Shown piece after piece: positions 38,012 to 51,136 of a stretch of DNA of 61,140 bases; within the stretch, counting starts at the first letter, position 1, and the number at the start of each line of letters is the position of its first letter. The DNA is taken from positions 2,092,707-2,153,846 of the forward strand of contig BFEA01000044.1 of NCBI GenBank assembly GCA_003427395.1, written 5' to 3'. A program made the position numbers and the translations under genes. The DNA is from Chara braunii (taxonomy: Eukaryota > Plantae > Charophyceae). Below the pieces are notes generated by a model. The model was given only the letters and a program-made list of their open reading frames with translations, was not told where the DNA came from and ran no database searches.

Positions 38012-41000
38012 GTTATATTATATATATATATATAATTATTATTATTATCATCATTACTATTATTGTTGTGATTATTATTATTATTATTATTATTATTGTT
38101 ATTGCTTGAAAAGCAAACTCGCGTCTTTTCTTACTTCACATGCGCACTAGGCTGGTGACAGGCGCGGATTCAAGATTTAGGAAGATATCGCAACTCGGAA
38201 ACATAGTTCAGATACAAGTTCGCATCAGATGGTTGTGGCGCACGAACGCCTACAGCTCTCAGTTCGTCAACTGAGCACCACACGCTGACGACTTCGGATC
38301 ACCCTGGATATTCTACACGTAACAGGCTGTATCACATATACGCTCACACAGAGGACGGAACGACAGACAAGACAAGCAAAGATTGGGACAAACAGACCAA
38401 GACAGACAAAATCAGACAAGCGAGACAGGGGGATGAACAACCAGACGGACAAACAACAACAATCGGACTAAACAGAAATAGTCAAACCATCAGGAGGTGA
38501 ACAAGCAGACAGTCGGGCAGGCAGGGGAAACGGACTGAGGATAGAAGACAAAGAGGGAGGAAGAGAGACTAAATCAAGGAGAGAAGAGAGAGTCACCTAT
38601 CGTGGTTGCAGATGCGGGTAGTGGGTTACTGACTTCTGCATTGCCAGACGGTCAGTGGCTGAATCGTGTGAGACTGACGAATGCAGAGTCTTGACGGGGG
38701 TTCTAAGTTGCGCATGTCTGTGCTCTGCATCTTTGGTCACCAGTGTGGGCTTGGTCCGATCCCGCAGTCTGTGACCGTGTGCGTGCGTGTGATCGAGCAG
38801 TTGACTCACACTATTTCCACCGATAAGATGAACGGAATCGGATGAATCTACCGCTAGAACGTGGGAATATACGTTGCCACACTTGGCTGATTGGAGGCGG
38901 GCGTGTGTGTGTATGTGTGTGTGTGTGTCGTTATATTCACCATACACTCAGAATAAGCATGACTGTGCCGCGCTGTCCCATTGGATCTTTCATCAACTCA
39001 TCAGAAAATTGAAGACCTATGTGCATACATACATTATGTATACTAATGTACCTAACGGCCCAATGATGCAAGGAGGGAGGGGGGGAAGAGAGAGAGAAAG
39101 AGAAGAGACAGAGAAACGCAGGCAGACAAGACGCAAGCGGATACGGACAGCGACAGATAGATAGATGAACACGGACAGGCAGATCAGCACGGGCACACGT
39201 CTACTGTAGGGAAACCAACAAGTATGACAGACAACAGATAAAACAAACATGCAAGGAGAAAGACTTACTTGGTTGTTTGGGCTGGCGCTACTGCCAGTCG
39301 AACAACAAGTTCTCTGAAGCAGAACACATCTCCCCTCCGACATTGTGAAACCGGGCCCCGAGCGCACACAGTCTCACATGGTACCTGCTAACCGTGCTAA
39401 GTAAGATTGGGACAGGGTACCGCAGACTCAGCATGAGTAAACCTCACCACTTGCCAGTTTACCTCTTATCTGATGTGAGCAACGTTCGAGGCGCTATTTC
39501 CAAACTTCCCATAAGCCAACGGACCTTGAATCATTCGGGGCTGCAGCAACTACTATCTTGACTTTTCAGGGTTCTTACAACTACGACCTCTGCGTAATTC
39601 AGACGCCTACTCGGTAGGCCTACAGACTGAACTATGGGAGCAGCGTCTGTCATCACGAAGGGGAAAACCACCTTTATATTATTATTATAATTACTAGTTT
39701 ATGCTATTATAAGTTACTACTATTATCCCTGCAAAACGGATACAGACAGACAGGTGCAGAAGGACAAACGCAGACCAACTAGATATAAACAAAACAGACA
39801 AACAGACAAATATACTGACAAATACACTGACAAACAGATAAACAGACAGATACGCTGGCAGACTGATAGACAGACAAACAGACAGAGAAAGACGGACAGA
39901 ACAACGAGGCAGGCAAACACACACACAGAGAGAGAGAGAGAGAAGGAGAAAAGAAGGAAGGAAGAAAAGTCAGGCGCAAACAAATGCAGGCAGGAATCAA
40001 CAGACAACGAGACACGGACCAACAAATAGACAGGACAGACATGAACAGACAGTCACACACACAGACAGAGAGGTAGAGAGAGAGAGACGTATCTAGTCTT
40101 GGAAATCGTTTGCGGGGGTCGACGACTTCATGTGCTTCAGTTTTGATGCTGACATTAACTAGAGGCATTGTCAACTCATACGCTGGTTGTGGTTGCGTGA
40201 TGGTAGATTGGGCGCTACGCACCGAGAAGGAGAAGGGATCTGGGCACTTAGGTTGGTGACGGCCAAGGTATGACGGACAGATGCAATGTTCTGGTTCTCC
40301 GTGATTGTAGTATCGATTCAACTCTGCTTTTGGGACAGTGTCGGACTCCCCGGATCTCAAAGTGACTTTGCAAACCAGAAAACTGTCGATTAGCTATTGC
40401 CCATTTTCCCTGCATTATTATTAATGATGGTATTATTATTATTGTCATTATTATTATTATTATTAGTAGTAGTAGTAGTAGTAGCTTAATGGTCCCCAGT
40501 AGGCCTCGCGCCCGCCCTGAGTGAAGGTAGGCCTGAGTATCCACGAGAGGAGCCTATCTCAGCATCCTTCAATGCAAGTCTCAGGCAATGCTGCACGCCG
40601 GTTGGTTAAAATGCAGCCGGGGCCTCAACCCGGGGGTTCTTCCAATAAAGGCAATTGCATCAGGCAGTTGAGCCCGGTACTTGGGTTGTTGCACCCTGGG
40701 CACATGCAGCATGAGGTCAACATGGTAAGGAGGGGCGCGGATCACGGGAAAAACGCGACATTGTCACCATACCCACGCGCAGGCACGCGGAACAACAAGC
40801 GTGCGCCCATATGGTCTTGCGAACAGGCAAGACATCGAACATGCGCGGTTCTAGAGGCACGCATGTGGAACAACGACCGGGTTGCTATGCCCAGGGCTGT
40901 GTGGCGAAAGTAAAAAGGTGCGTGTGGGTTAAAGCGAACGGGATACCAAGAAGGAAAGAAGGAGTAGAAAGAGTGAAGAGGAGAGAAGTGAAGAGAGGAA

Positions 41001-41863
41001 GAAAGAAGGAAAAGAAAGGAGCGAAAGAATGAAGGATTGTAAAGTAGTATCCTTTGAATCTTCTGCTTCTTTCAATATCGCTCAGGAACATTGACAAGAT
41101 ACTACCGCTATTACTATTATTATTATTATTATTATCATTTTATTATTCTGTCATTATTATTGTTTTCATTGTTTACTTTACCTTTATTATTATTATTTGC
41201 TTGTTATTATTATTATTATTTATTGTTATTGAATTACAGCTGCCATTATTGGATATCGTATGTTAAACGGAGGCCAGGAATGAGGAGCATGCGGGATATT
41301 GGAGAGGAGAGAGACGTTATCATCTATGATGGTGCCCACCTCCTCCATCCTCCTTCGTTCTTATCATTGTTTGATCCTTTCAGGTACCTATCTTTTCAAC
41401 TATATTTGTTTGATGATGTGTGTCCATTTAGGTCCAGACAACTAATTACATAAGGCATACATGACCAAATACAGGGCGATTGCGGGAGCTCTGCCGGAGT
41501 TCAGGAGGAACTCTGGAGGTAGGGAACTATGAGGTACGCATCACGTATCCCCTTCTCATATACCCTTACAGGCTATGCCCTTCTATTGGACTGCCGGTAT
41601 GATTGTATGATATACTGCTTGTACTTTCTTCGGGACTAAGATAATCAGAAGGGAAAAATGATATATGATTGGAATAAGAATCTTGCATGGTGAAATGGAA
41701 GGAACCTAAAATAACTAAGAAGGAACCTAGACTGTTTGGACGCGAAGAATGAAGTAGGGCGATGGAGGCTCATGTGTGAGTCGTCACACTACTTATGTAT
41801 GCGCTGACGTGACTGAAGGTTGACACTTAGGTACTCATGTGTGAGTTACCTTGCTATTTGCCA

Positions 41864-42692
41864 GATCGACTGTCGTCATGAAGAGCAAATGTGTCTGACA
41901 ATGACTTATGAAATTAATTAGGAACTTTCTACCGGATCGACTGTCATTGTAACGGGAAGGGGGTTCTAGCAATAACCTAGTCACTAAATTAGGTGCTCTC
42001 TACCGTAACGACTGTTGTCATAATGGAAAGAGGGTACTAACAAATACTTATGAGTTAGTCTAGGTGCTCTCTACCGAATCGACTGTCGTCGTGATGGGAC
42101 GAGGGTACAAACAAAATACTTATAAACTAATCTAAGTACTCTCTACCGGATCGACTATCGTCGTGATAGGACGAGGGTACAAACAAAATACTTATAAACT
42201 AATCTAAGTACTCTCTACCAGATCGACTGTCGTCGTGATGGGACGAAGGGTACAAACAAACACATATGAACTAATCTAAGTACTCTCTACCGAATCGACT
42301 GTCGTCGTGACGGACAGAGGTACCTGACGATAACTTATGATCTAAATTAAGTACTCTCTACTGGATCGACTGTCGTCGTGATGGGAAAGGAGTACTAATA
42401 ATAACTTAAGAACTAAATTGGGTACTCTAGACCGTAACGGCTGTCGTCGTGACGGGAAGGGGTATCTGACAGCAACTTATGAGCTAGATTAGGTGCTCTC
42501 TACCGGATGGACTGTCGTCGTGATGGGAAAAGAGTACTAACAAATACTTAAGAGATAAATTAGATACTCTCTACCGTAACGACTGTCGTCGTGACGAGCA
42601 GGGGTGTCTGACATTGACTTAGGAATCACACTAGGTATTCATGTGTGGGTTACCTTACTCCCTATCGGATCGGCTGTCGTCGTGACGGGAAG
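41864..42692. repeat. C-specific ~71-bp tandem array, 12 copies
   Basis: Core cgactgtcgtcgtga(t/c)ggga; several units have a gagggtac...gtactctc inverted pair. Confidence 0.92.
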
Positions 42693-44596
42693 AGGGGTAT
42701 GAATCTTAGAAAATAATGAAGGAAGGCTCCAGGGAGGGTCGTCCTATTCACACGCTTGAGTCTAAGGCTGACTAACAATCTGCAAAGAGTAGGAAATCAC
42801 ATTTCTACTCTTTCTTTCCTAGCTTATTCACCCTCTGATAGTCCGACGACCAAACCGGTAATAGGGAGGTTTCTGTAGGAGTCGTCTTATTACTTATTTA
42901 ACGGTCTGACTACTCATTACCCAAGGAAGGTAATAGAGGGGCCTCTGTCGGGGTCTGTCTATTGCCTACTTGATTCTGTACTAACTCTCTAAGAGGGTAC
43001 TCCTGTAGAAAAACTCTAAACACTCGTCTTCTGTCCAAACTAACCCGGACTCAGGACGGTCGACTTCGGAAGGGCAGCAGGGTACCATTGTCAGGATTAT
43101 CCTAATGCTCTAATCAAGGGGACCTTGTCACGTGATAGTAAGGGGCTCTTGTGCGGATCGCCTATTATTCACGCAGACCGTTATTTACTTTCGGGAGAAG
43201 GCCGACATCCGGATTTTTCAGAAAGATACCTAAAGCAAGTAGTAGGGTGCTTTTGTAGGAGCCTCAACTATTTGTTGTAGGAAGGATGCTCATGTGTGAG
43301 CTATCCTGCTGCTCTGATTAGATCAAGTGGGGCTAAAAGAGAGATCAATACTCATGTGCGACTTACTCACCTGTCTGTTCGGCTAACAAATTGCTTGATA
43401 TTGGCCAAGTAGCAGAGGATTCATGTCTGAATCGATCTACTACTTGAGTGTGTCAGGACAAATTGAAGAGAAAAAAAAGAACAATGCTCCTGTTGGAGCA
43501 AGGTCTTCACGTATCCGGAAAGGGAACAAGGGAAAAAAATAGGACCGCAGGAGAAAGAAACTTAAGAATCACCTCGCAGTTCATAGTTGTCCATAGTTTT
43601 CAGATGGAAGGTCACGACGATGAATGAATTATATCTCGTCTACATAAGCGTGAAACGGTGCGCTTATTTCCAAGAGAGAAAATGCAAGGACTGAGAGTAG
43701 GGAAAATAAGAGTTTCCTTAAGACGACTTAGGACACAGGCATGAGACTCCTTTAGAGAAAGGAGAAAGTGACAGACGGCTTAGGGTAGGGTTGTGAGAAT
43801 AGGACTAGTGATTAGGCCTGGGATGCCGGTCCCAGAACTCACTACCCATGTCTAAGGGCTTGACCCTTAAATATCAATACGTGGGAAATCGAGTTGGGGT
43901 GTTGAATCTTTGTTGACCTGTGTGTGTGCAGGTCTCTGATTATCTATTGCATTTGAAGGAAGAGGTTCTACAGAAAGGACCAAAATTTTTGTTATCTCTC
44001 GATAACAGGTCGGTTGTTACCGATTCAACTTTTCCCCTTTGATTTGATACCCACCTCTAAAGTCAAACTCTGTGATCAGTAAAACTGTCACCTGTGGCCA
44101 TTGCCTAAATGGTCCTACTAGTAGTCACTCTCAAGGGTCCTTTGAAGAAATGTGAGGGGGTTGGGCTTACGTCTCAGGAAAGATAAGGCCGTCATACATG
44201 GTTTGGGAAGTGAGGGACAAGGTCAATGGTTGATGTTGACTCCGTTAGTGCATGGCATGTGAACTGTCTTTGCATTATTCTGTGCAGGTGTGTTTTACGT
44301 GTGATTTTGGATTGAACTGGACCTGGTCTGTTGAAGAGTCTCGGACACACAACACTTGTGAAAGTGGGAAGAGTTCTCGGCGGTAATACTTCCATATTCA
44401 TCATATGTCCAACTTAAACTTATATACTATTCTGATGCTCAGCGAAGTCATAACCTGTTAAGAAAGATAGGACGTCATTTGGTAGAAAGATGGTTTGATT
44501 GATAATTGTCGAGAGAATAATACATTACGCAGTAGCGGAAATAGACGGCCTTTTATAAAGTCACGGTATGACCTGAATATCTAACGGGTCAGTTCT

Positions 44597-44921
44597 AGGC
44601 GTCTTACCGCGCGTACCCCATTTTATGCTTTCGCGATCGAGCAAACACCCTCAGCCGACCTACCTCTACAAAGGCATGTAAAAGCCTTCGCATGTGGGCC
44701 GGTAGCTCAGCAGGGATACGCCTACCTGAGGGTGGTGACAGCCCCTCGGGTAGAGGTAAGTTGTACCTCGTGACGTCCCGACCTGCCGCAGGGCGTCGTG
44801 AGAAGTATAGCACGCGCACACGGTCGAAGTGGTGATCGGTTCTTTTTTAGGAATACATCCTGCGTGACACGACCGTGTGGTTGAGCGCTCCCAGCGGGGT
44901 GCGGGACCGTCGCGCTCGACA
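44597..44921 (+). ncRNA. Conserved structured LTR 3'-terminal RNA (copy C)
   Basis: Covarying stems relative to B, E and G. Confidence 0.7.
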
Positions 44922-45581
44922 ACGAGAATCACATAGAGGTCATTAGCACGCTGCACATTGATCTTTTATCTTTGCTACGGCGAGTGTGAACCCCCACTGC
45001 TGACGCATTTTCTCTATGACGCCCAGCAGGAGATCCCTAGCATTCATCGGGCTTCACCCCCGTAACTAATGTTCAGGCGCAACGCAGTATGCATTGATGG
45101 TAAGCATTAACCAGGATCATTCACAACATGGGCATCAGTGGCCTTGGTACCGCCTCATCCATTACACAGACGGTTGAGATGCTAGCCTCGTCCCCATTAA
45201 GGACTGGTCAGTACAAATAGAGCAAACACCATTTGACTGGAGTATAAGGTGTCTCAAATCAAGATTTATGTCCTCATAGATTAGAGGATCGTTTAGTCAA
45301 AGCTCTCCAGTTTATGAAGTGGGTTAGCCGCTTACACTGCAGGGTGCCATTCAGAATTAGATAAATACCAACAACTCGTAAAACTCAGAGGATCACCCCA
45401 AGCACGCTTACCCTGAGCACAACCTCGGGCTTCGTACGGAGGTGATGCCACCCCGGAGTGGACCAGATTCTGTATGACATCCGACCTCGCCTTATCCATC
45501 GTGTTGAGCATTGTTTCTCATGAAACTGTATCAAGGCACACTGTAATTCACAACTCAAAACAGGTTCGGCCTGAGTACCGT
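44922..45581 (-). other. Target sequence between C and E (decayed ORF-bearing DNA)
   Basis: With E removed, the frame from ~53705 reads through the junction (KWSG|TQAEPVL...). Confidence 0.35.
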
Positions 45582-46231
45582 CATCGGTGCGAATACCCTT
45601 GCAAGTGACAGAAAATAGGTTTGGTTTAATATTGAAGTATTCTGCACGAGGCGCGGCTACGTCTGTGGTTTACGTTAGGCTGAATGGTTGACAAGAGTGG
45701 AGAGTGTGTGGGCGCGTAGACTTAAGGCGCGCGTGATTTGTTTTTTATCTTTGATGACTGAAGAGCCGGCGTGGGCGCCGACCAATTTTTTTTATTTTTT
45801 ATTAAACGAGGACTAAATAGATTTTTGTCGTTTAACTGGTGCGCTTACCGGTGACTCGTACGTACGTACGGAGGACGGCATCGACAACAATGTGACTTCT
45901 GTAAATGTTTCGGTAGACCTGCGCGTCACGCAGCGTTAGTTTATTTGGGTATCCGACAAAGCTAGACCCAGCCTTGGATCCAGCACTAGCAGTTACAGCA
46001 TCAGATTATCATCAAAGAGATTCATGGATCGAGGTCGAGCGGCGACGACGTGAGGACATTGGAGTAGCGCGAAGGGACCGAGGGATTGAGGGTTTTGTGG
46101 GGCTATCCCCCTTGGATTGCCGTCGGCGGCGTAGAACAGTACTAGTGGGTTCTTTTTCCTCGACTCGTCATATGCTGACGATTAACATTTTCTAAATATT
46201 TTATCATTCACCGTCGTATTATCGTTTTACC

Positions 46232-47600
46232 TTATGCGATGACATTAATTGACTTAGACGCGGCACTGGGTTTAGAGATCGTCACGGCGGCCGAGGACCT
46301 TGAAAGCGCGCATCTTTTGGTTGACCTACGGAGTTCTATGAGTTCGGGGTGCTGGTGGAATTCCTCGGCCTTGCCCGTCTTGAAACACAGACCGAAGGGC
46401 AATGCATGGAGGATGGTGGGGTCCGTGGTCGTGGTTGCCCTCGTTTCCCACTTGGAAAATGTCGGTGGCCTAAAGTAGAAAGGGGACGAGAAAGCAGTTT
46501 GAGGGTGGTAGGGGTCGTCGCGGAGCGCACAGTCTGTCACCCGCCGTTTGCCGTGGGAGGTTTAGGTGTGAGTACGCTCGTTGGGGCTCGACAGATGGCG
46601 GACCATGCTCGGGCGTACTGGCCCGACAGCGGTCCAGAGCGCTGTCGGGAGACCTCAGCGGCGTCGTGGCAAGCTGCGGATCACGGGGAGCCATTTTTCA
46701 CCCGGGCCCCCAACATTTTTTATGTGAATATTGGCGACCAACAGGTCCCACGTTGCAGGACCCACAATAGGTCCGCGCCCCTAGCTTTGTCCAATGCTAG
46801 GAGAATGCGTGAGTGTGCCTACCAGGCCGTAGGAATGGGACTCCTCGTAGAGATCCGCAGCAGTACTGCTGCACAGCGGTCAGAGGCTGATATTGGGGCG
46901 GAAGGCTAATCGGCCCGTCTAGTGGCGGAAGTTTCCCCCGTCGTCCTTCGCAGAAGCAGCCCGGAGGCAGTGAGCAGGTATGCGGCTTGGCTGTGTGACC
47001 AAGTGCTATGCCAATGGTGATAACAGGCCTGAACGAAGGCGACGAACGGGCTGGCGGACCGTTGTTGAGAAGAGCAAGAGACAGCGGGTGCTAAGCAATC
47101 CGGGTGAGGTAAGGTAGCGAGCGGGCAACAGGGTGGCTGGCAGAAGGGAGCCCGAAGGCACAAAAAGGAAGGATGAACCCTGGCGCTGAATCGCGCCAGG
47201 TGCATACGGGTCGGGAACGAGGCGGAGTCGGCGGAGGAGTCGGAGTACGCTCGTTGACGGGTCTTAGTGCTCATGACCACCGTCCGACTGTCCATATCGA
47301 CCGGCAACGGGCGGTGGCTCCCGGGCTAGCGCATGGCTGGGCGCGAGGAGCAAGCCGAGCGGAGAGACAACGGGCCGAGGCAGTGGAGGCAAGGCCAGAA
47401 AAAGAAAGAAAATAATCTGGGAGTGAAGTGGGGCCAGGTGCACGCAAAGAAGTAGCGAGCGGAGGTGGCGAAGCAACAGGCGCTGTCGGGTTGTAGGAGG
47501 GAGCGGACTGAAAGCAAGGAGGAGCGGGCGGTCGGAGCAAAGTGCGAACGTATTGAAATGCGAACAGACCTGGACGGTATACAGCGTCAGGTGCACTTAG
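46232..47600 (-). pseudogene. Decayed antisense coding-like segment in LTR E
   Basis: Overlapping minus-strand ORF pieces, including a Cys/His cluster RTYCGSCNVGPVGRQYSHKKC. Confidence 0.3.
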
Positions 47601-50280
47601 CAATGAGATGGCATAGAGCAGGCGCAGTGGCAGGAAGAAAAAACGATGGCATGGTTGTTTCGTCGTGGATTGGGGCGGAAAGAGGTACTAGCAAGAAGTT
47701 CTTGAGTCGGGCGAGAAGAGAGTTATGTCGAAAATGCTGTGCGCGGAGATATGGCAGAGGGAGGAAACGGAGAAGAAGAAACAGATGTGTTTTGCCCATT
47801 TCTAGGCGGAATCAAGCAGGGAAGGATCCGGATAGGGGGTGTTCGGGGTAGGCGACCCCGAAACTGAAGTTAGTTTTAGTAGATGGTTAGTAGATATGGT
47901 GATAGAAGGAAGGAAGACTGCGTGAGAGATGGGGGAAAGAGAAGTGAGGGAAAGGAAGTGTGAATCCCTCCCGTTTCTTGATGAAAACGTGCGGGGGAGG
48001 TTTCGTTTCGGGGGCTTAAAGGCGTCACGAATCGGATGGTGAGGTTGGAGAGTGTAGTAAGGTGGTAGATTTGGGGCTACGTGGGCTATAGGCTGCGCGG
48101 TGGTGTCGGGGCGACGATGGATATGGCGGAGTATGTAATAGAGATATCACTCATTTCTTAACGAAATCGAGTGAAAGAGAGTGTTAGGTAGAGGTTTTAG
48201 CTTCAGGCGAGTTCAATGATGAGTTTAGTTTTAGGAAAAAAATAGAGTGCGGGGAGTTAGAAAGGGAGTTAGATAGAAAGGAGCGGGAGATAATGTACCT
48301 GACTCGATTATCGAAAAAAAGGGGGAGTGAGGAGTTCAATGTATGGCGGGTTCAAGAGAGGAAGAGAGAGTCGAAGAACATACCTGAGCGTGAATCTTCC
48401 CGTGTGTCGGTGGAAGATTCATCCTTGATTTAGCTAAACAAGGGCGGGACAGTTAGCAGCACAGTCCCACTTGCCATCACGATGTCCTTATGCAGATCGC
48501 CAAGGCCATTGTGTTCGAGTTGCTGCTCGTCGTAATGTTTATGTTCGCCATGCTTATCTTCGACTCAGCTGCTACTCACGACAACCATCTTGCTAGTCCA
48601 CTTGTATTCTTGAACCGATTCTGGCCATAGAAATGGCCGAAGGTATTCACGTGACTGGAAACCATACGGAGGCGGGGGCCACTCGGTTCGGGATGTCTGG
48701 ATTGCCTGGAAGTGATGACGGAGGCCTGTCGGAGTGATTCCCTGGCTCAGCAGATGGAGGGAACCGACGACCTGCGAGAGACGATGGTGACGTGAGTTGG
48801 TCATGAGGTGTGGTGCCCCGTGTTGGGTGTATGGACATCCTCGTTTGTGCCCCGCCGTTGCCCTGCTGTCTGTGTCCCGTTCGCTTTTTTAGAGGGTCCT
48901 TGCACGTTGGTATGCTCACTGGCCGGTGTGCCGCCCGCCCCATCAGCAAGAGTGGTGGGCGCTCATTCCTGGTGGAGGCAACGACCTGCACGAGCTGAAA
49001 TTCTTACTGGCTCGGAGTTGCTAGTGATGTCGACCGGCTGCTGTGGTAGTCAGCTGTATTATAGGCCTACCTGCGGACTGATGGGTGCGCACGGGAAGGA
49101 AGCGGCGAAGTAGCAGTACAGGCTCCCACCTACCAGTTGTGCACTACCCGCCCAGCCAATAGCGATGAAGCAACATCAGGGGCGAATTAGTAAAAGCAAC
49201 GGTTGACAAGGGTGTGCGGTGTTTCGCTGTTGCGAACAGTATTTGAGCGGCGAAGCGTCAACTCGGACTTTACTGTTGTTGCAACAGGTGCTGCACTTAC
49301 TGCTAAGTCTGGGCCCTATGCGCTTGATGCAGAATACTACCGCTGCATCTGGCCGTGGCTGGCAGTGTATACTGGCTGATCAGTGAATCATACAGCCTGT
49401 TGAGCTGGGGAGACTTACCTGCTGGCATGGTGTTGGCTGCTACTGGCCGCTACGAACGATTGTTGCGTTTGTGGGTTGTGCACAGACCGCTGCTGCGCAC
49501 TGCGCGCAAACTGTTGCTGCGGACTGGGCACAAACTGCCTTTGTTGACTATGTGTGAACGGTTGCTAACTGTTGGGTGTAGTACCATCGCCTGCTGCTGG
49601 CCGCACGAACTACTGCTGTGTACCGTGCATGAGTTGTTGCCTATTGTTGACTGCGGCATACCACTGCACCCTGCCGCGGACTATTACTGCGAGTTGGGGG
49701 TTCGTCGGGAGAGTTGGGGTTCACCAGTTTGACTTTGGAATGACCAAGCGGTTGTTACTTGGTCGCCACTCCGGGGCCCTCAGGCGAGTGAAGGATCAAG
49801 GTCCTCTCCTAGGAGTTGAGTCAGTCTCCTTTTTATATCTCGAGAGTCTGAAACCCCTATCTTCTGCCTTTCTTACTCTAAGTCTAATCCGGTTCTGAGA
49901 GGAAGGCGGCAGGCGGGATTACAACCCGTAGGACCGCAGGAAGGCTCTGTGGGGAGTCATCCCACCGATTGCGGGAGCTCTCCCGGAACCTAGGCGAGGT
50001 TCCGGAGGCAGGGAACCATCAGGTAAACTATCTCTATCTGTATAACCCACTATACCCATGTTTGCCTATTCCCCCTGTAGTTTGATTGGCGTATGCATGC
50101 CTGTCCCTAAGATTTTTTGTTTTCTTTTCAGAAAATATCCTAACTAAGTAAAGGAACGCATGTAATATGTCAGTTTCAGTTTCATTGTTTGATTGAAAGC
50201 AGATTGTGGGGTTGCATCAGGGGGAAGGGTGAGAGAAAGGCAGTATTGTATGAAGTTTGACTGGGTCAACTAAAGGCTGG

Positions 50281-50935
50281 ACCAGTTCCATAAGTTTTTG
50301 AAGGCTTAGTGCTATGTTTTATTTTGAGTTGCCTGGAGGACCAGACATGTTCCATAAGCTTGGGTTGCTCTGACTTGTGAGGGCTGAATGTGAATGACTT
50401 TTCAGGAGCCAGTCAAATCCATAAGTTTGGGTAGTCTGGCGGCCTTGTTTACTTTGGGTTTCAGTCTTTTTTTTTTTGCCTTGGCTTTGAGAGAAACGAA
50501 TCAGGCTGAGGACCAAGACATGTTCCATAAGTTTGGGTGGTCTTGGTCCAACGCCTCATACATGCTGGAACCAGAAGGTTATAACTTGGCTATACTCTAG
50601 TATTATTTTATCTATGAACATGCTAGTCAGACAGGGTTTCATAAGTTTGGGTGGTCTGACTATAGCTTATCACAAACTGGAGAGAGTATAAATTAAGAAT
50701 AAACTTGTGGTACGAAGGGGCAGACTGAGTCTTGAGCTGAAGATGATCGACTCAGTTATATGCTACCTCAAAAGACTAAGTACAGACAATTATATAAATT
50801 TTGAATACTTAAACAGTTCAGGGCGGCTAGGGTGGCCTAGTCACATGTCCAAAGAAGAGAGAAGTTGTTCTGCACTGTGTTTGTGTATACTCTATGGCTG
50901 AGCTAGACATGTTCCATAAGTTTGGGTGGTCTAAC
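50281..50935 (+). repeat. E-specific dispersed ~30-bp hairpin repeat
   Basis: cagacatgttccataagtttgggtggtctg-like motif at ~50341, 50410, 50514, 50628 and 50903, plus weaker copies at ~50281 and 50571. Confidence 0.8.
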
Positions 50936-51136
50936 TTTATGCCCTATATAAGCTGGGTATAAAGGGGTAAATCATTGAAAGATTATGAACTATTGTTTGT
51001 TAAAATAACTTTGGGGATGGTGAGAGTACTTACCTTTGTGGTTTGGCCTGCATGTGACTGAGTGAGGCCACTACGTAGTCTAAGTTTCAGTTTGATAGTT
51101 AGTTGCTTTAGTTGCTCGCCACGTGTTAGAGTCATA

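Larger units (their letters stand above)
33460..44921 (+). mobile_element. Solo giant LTR (C), 11,462 bp
   Basis: TGTCGGAGCTGATACCCTTACAGGGATATC...gggaccgtcgcgctcGACA with a perfect 4-bp TSD ACGA (33456-33459 / 44922-44925). Same module order as B. Confidence 0.9.

Noticed and set aside
41864-42692. CRISPR-like array (conserved core plus variable segment)
   Set aside because: The 'spacers' are homologous to each other, no cas genes are present and the context is eukaryotic. It is an ordinary tandem repeat.
33460-44921. Ginger-type DNA transposon (TGT...ACA ends, 4-bp TSD)
   Set aside because: There are no extended terminal inverted repeats and no integrase ORF, and the homologous unit B is followed by a PBS.
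45590-45610. tacccttgcaagtGACA as the 3' end of element C
   Set aside because: No TSD there. C ends at 44921 with TSD ACGA, and this motif is the degenerate 5' palindrome of E.
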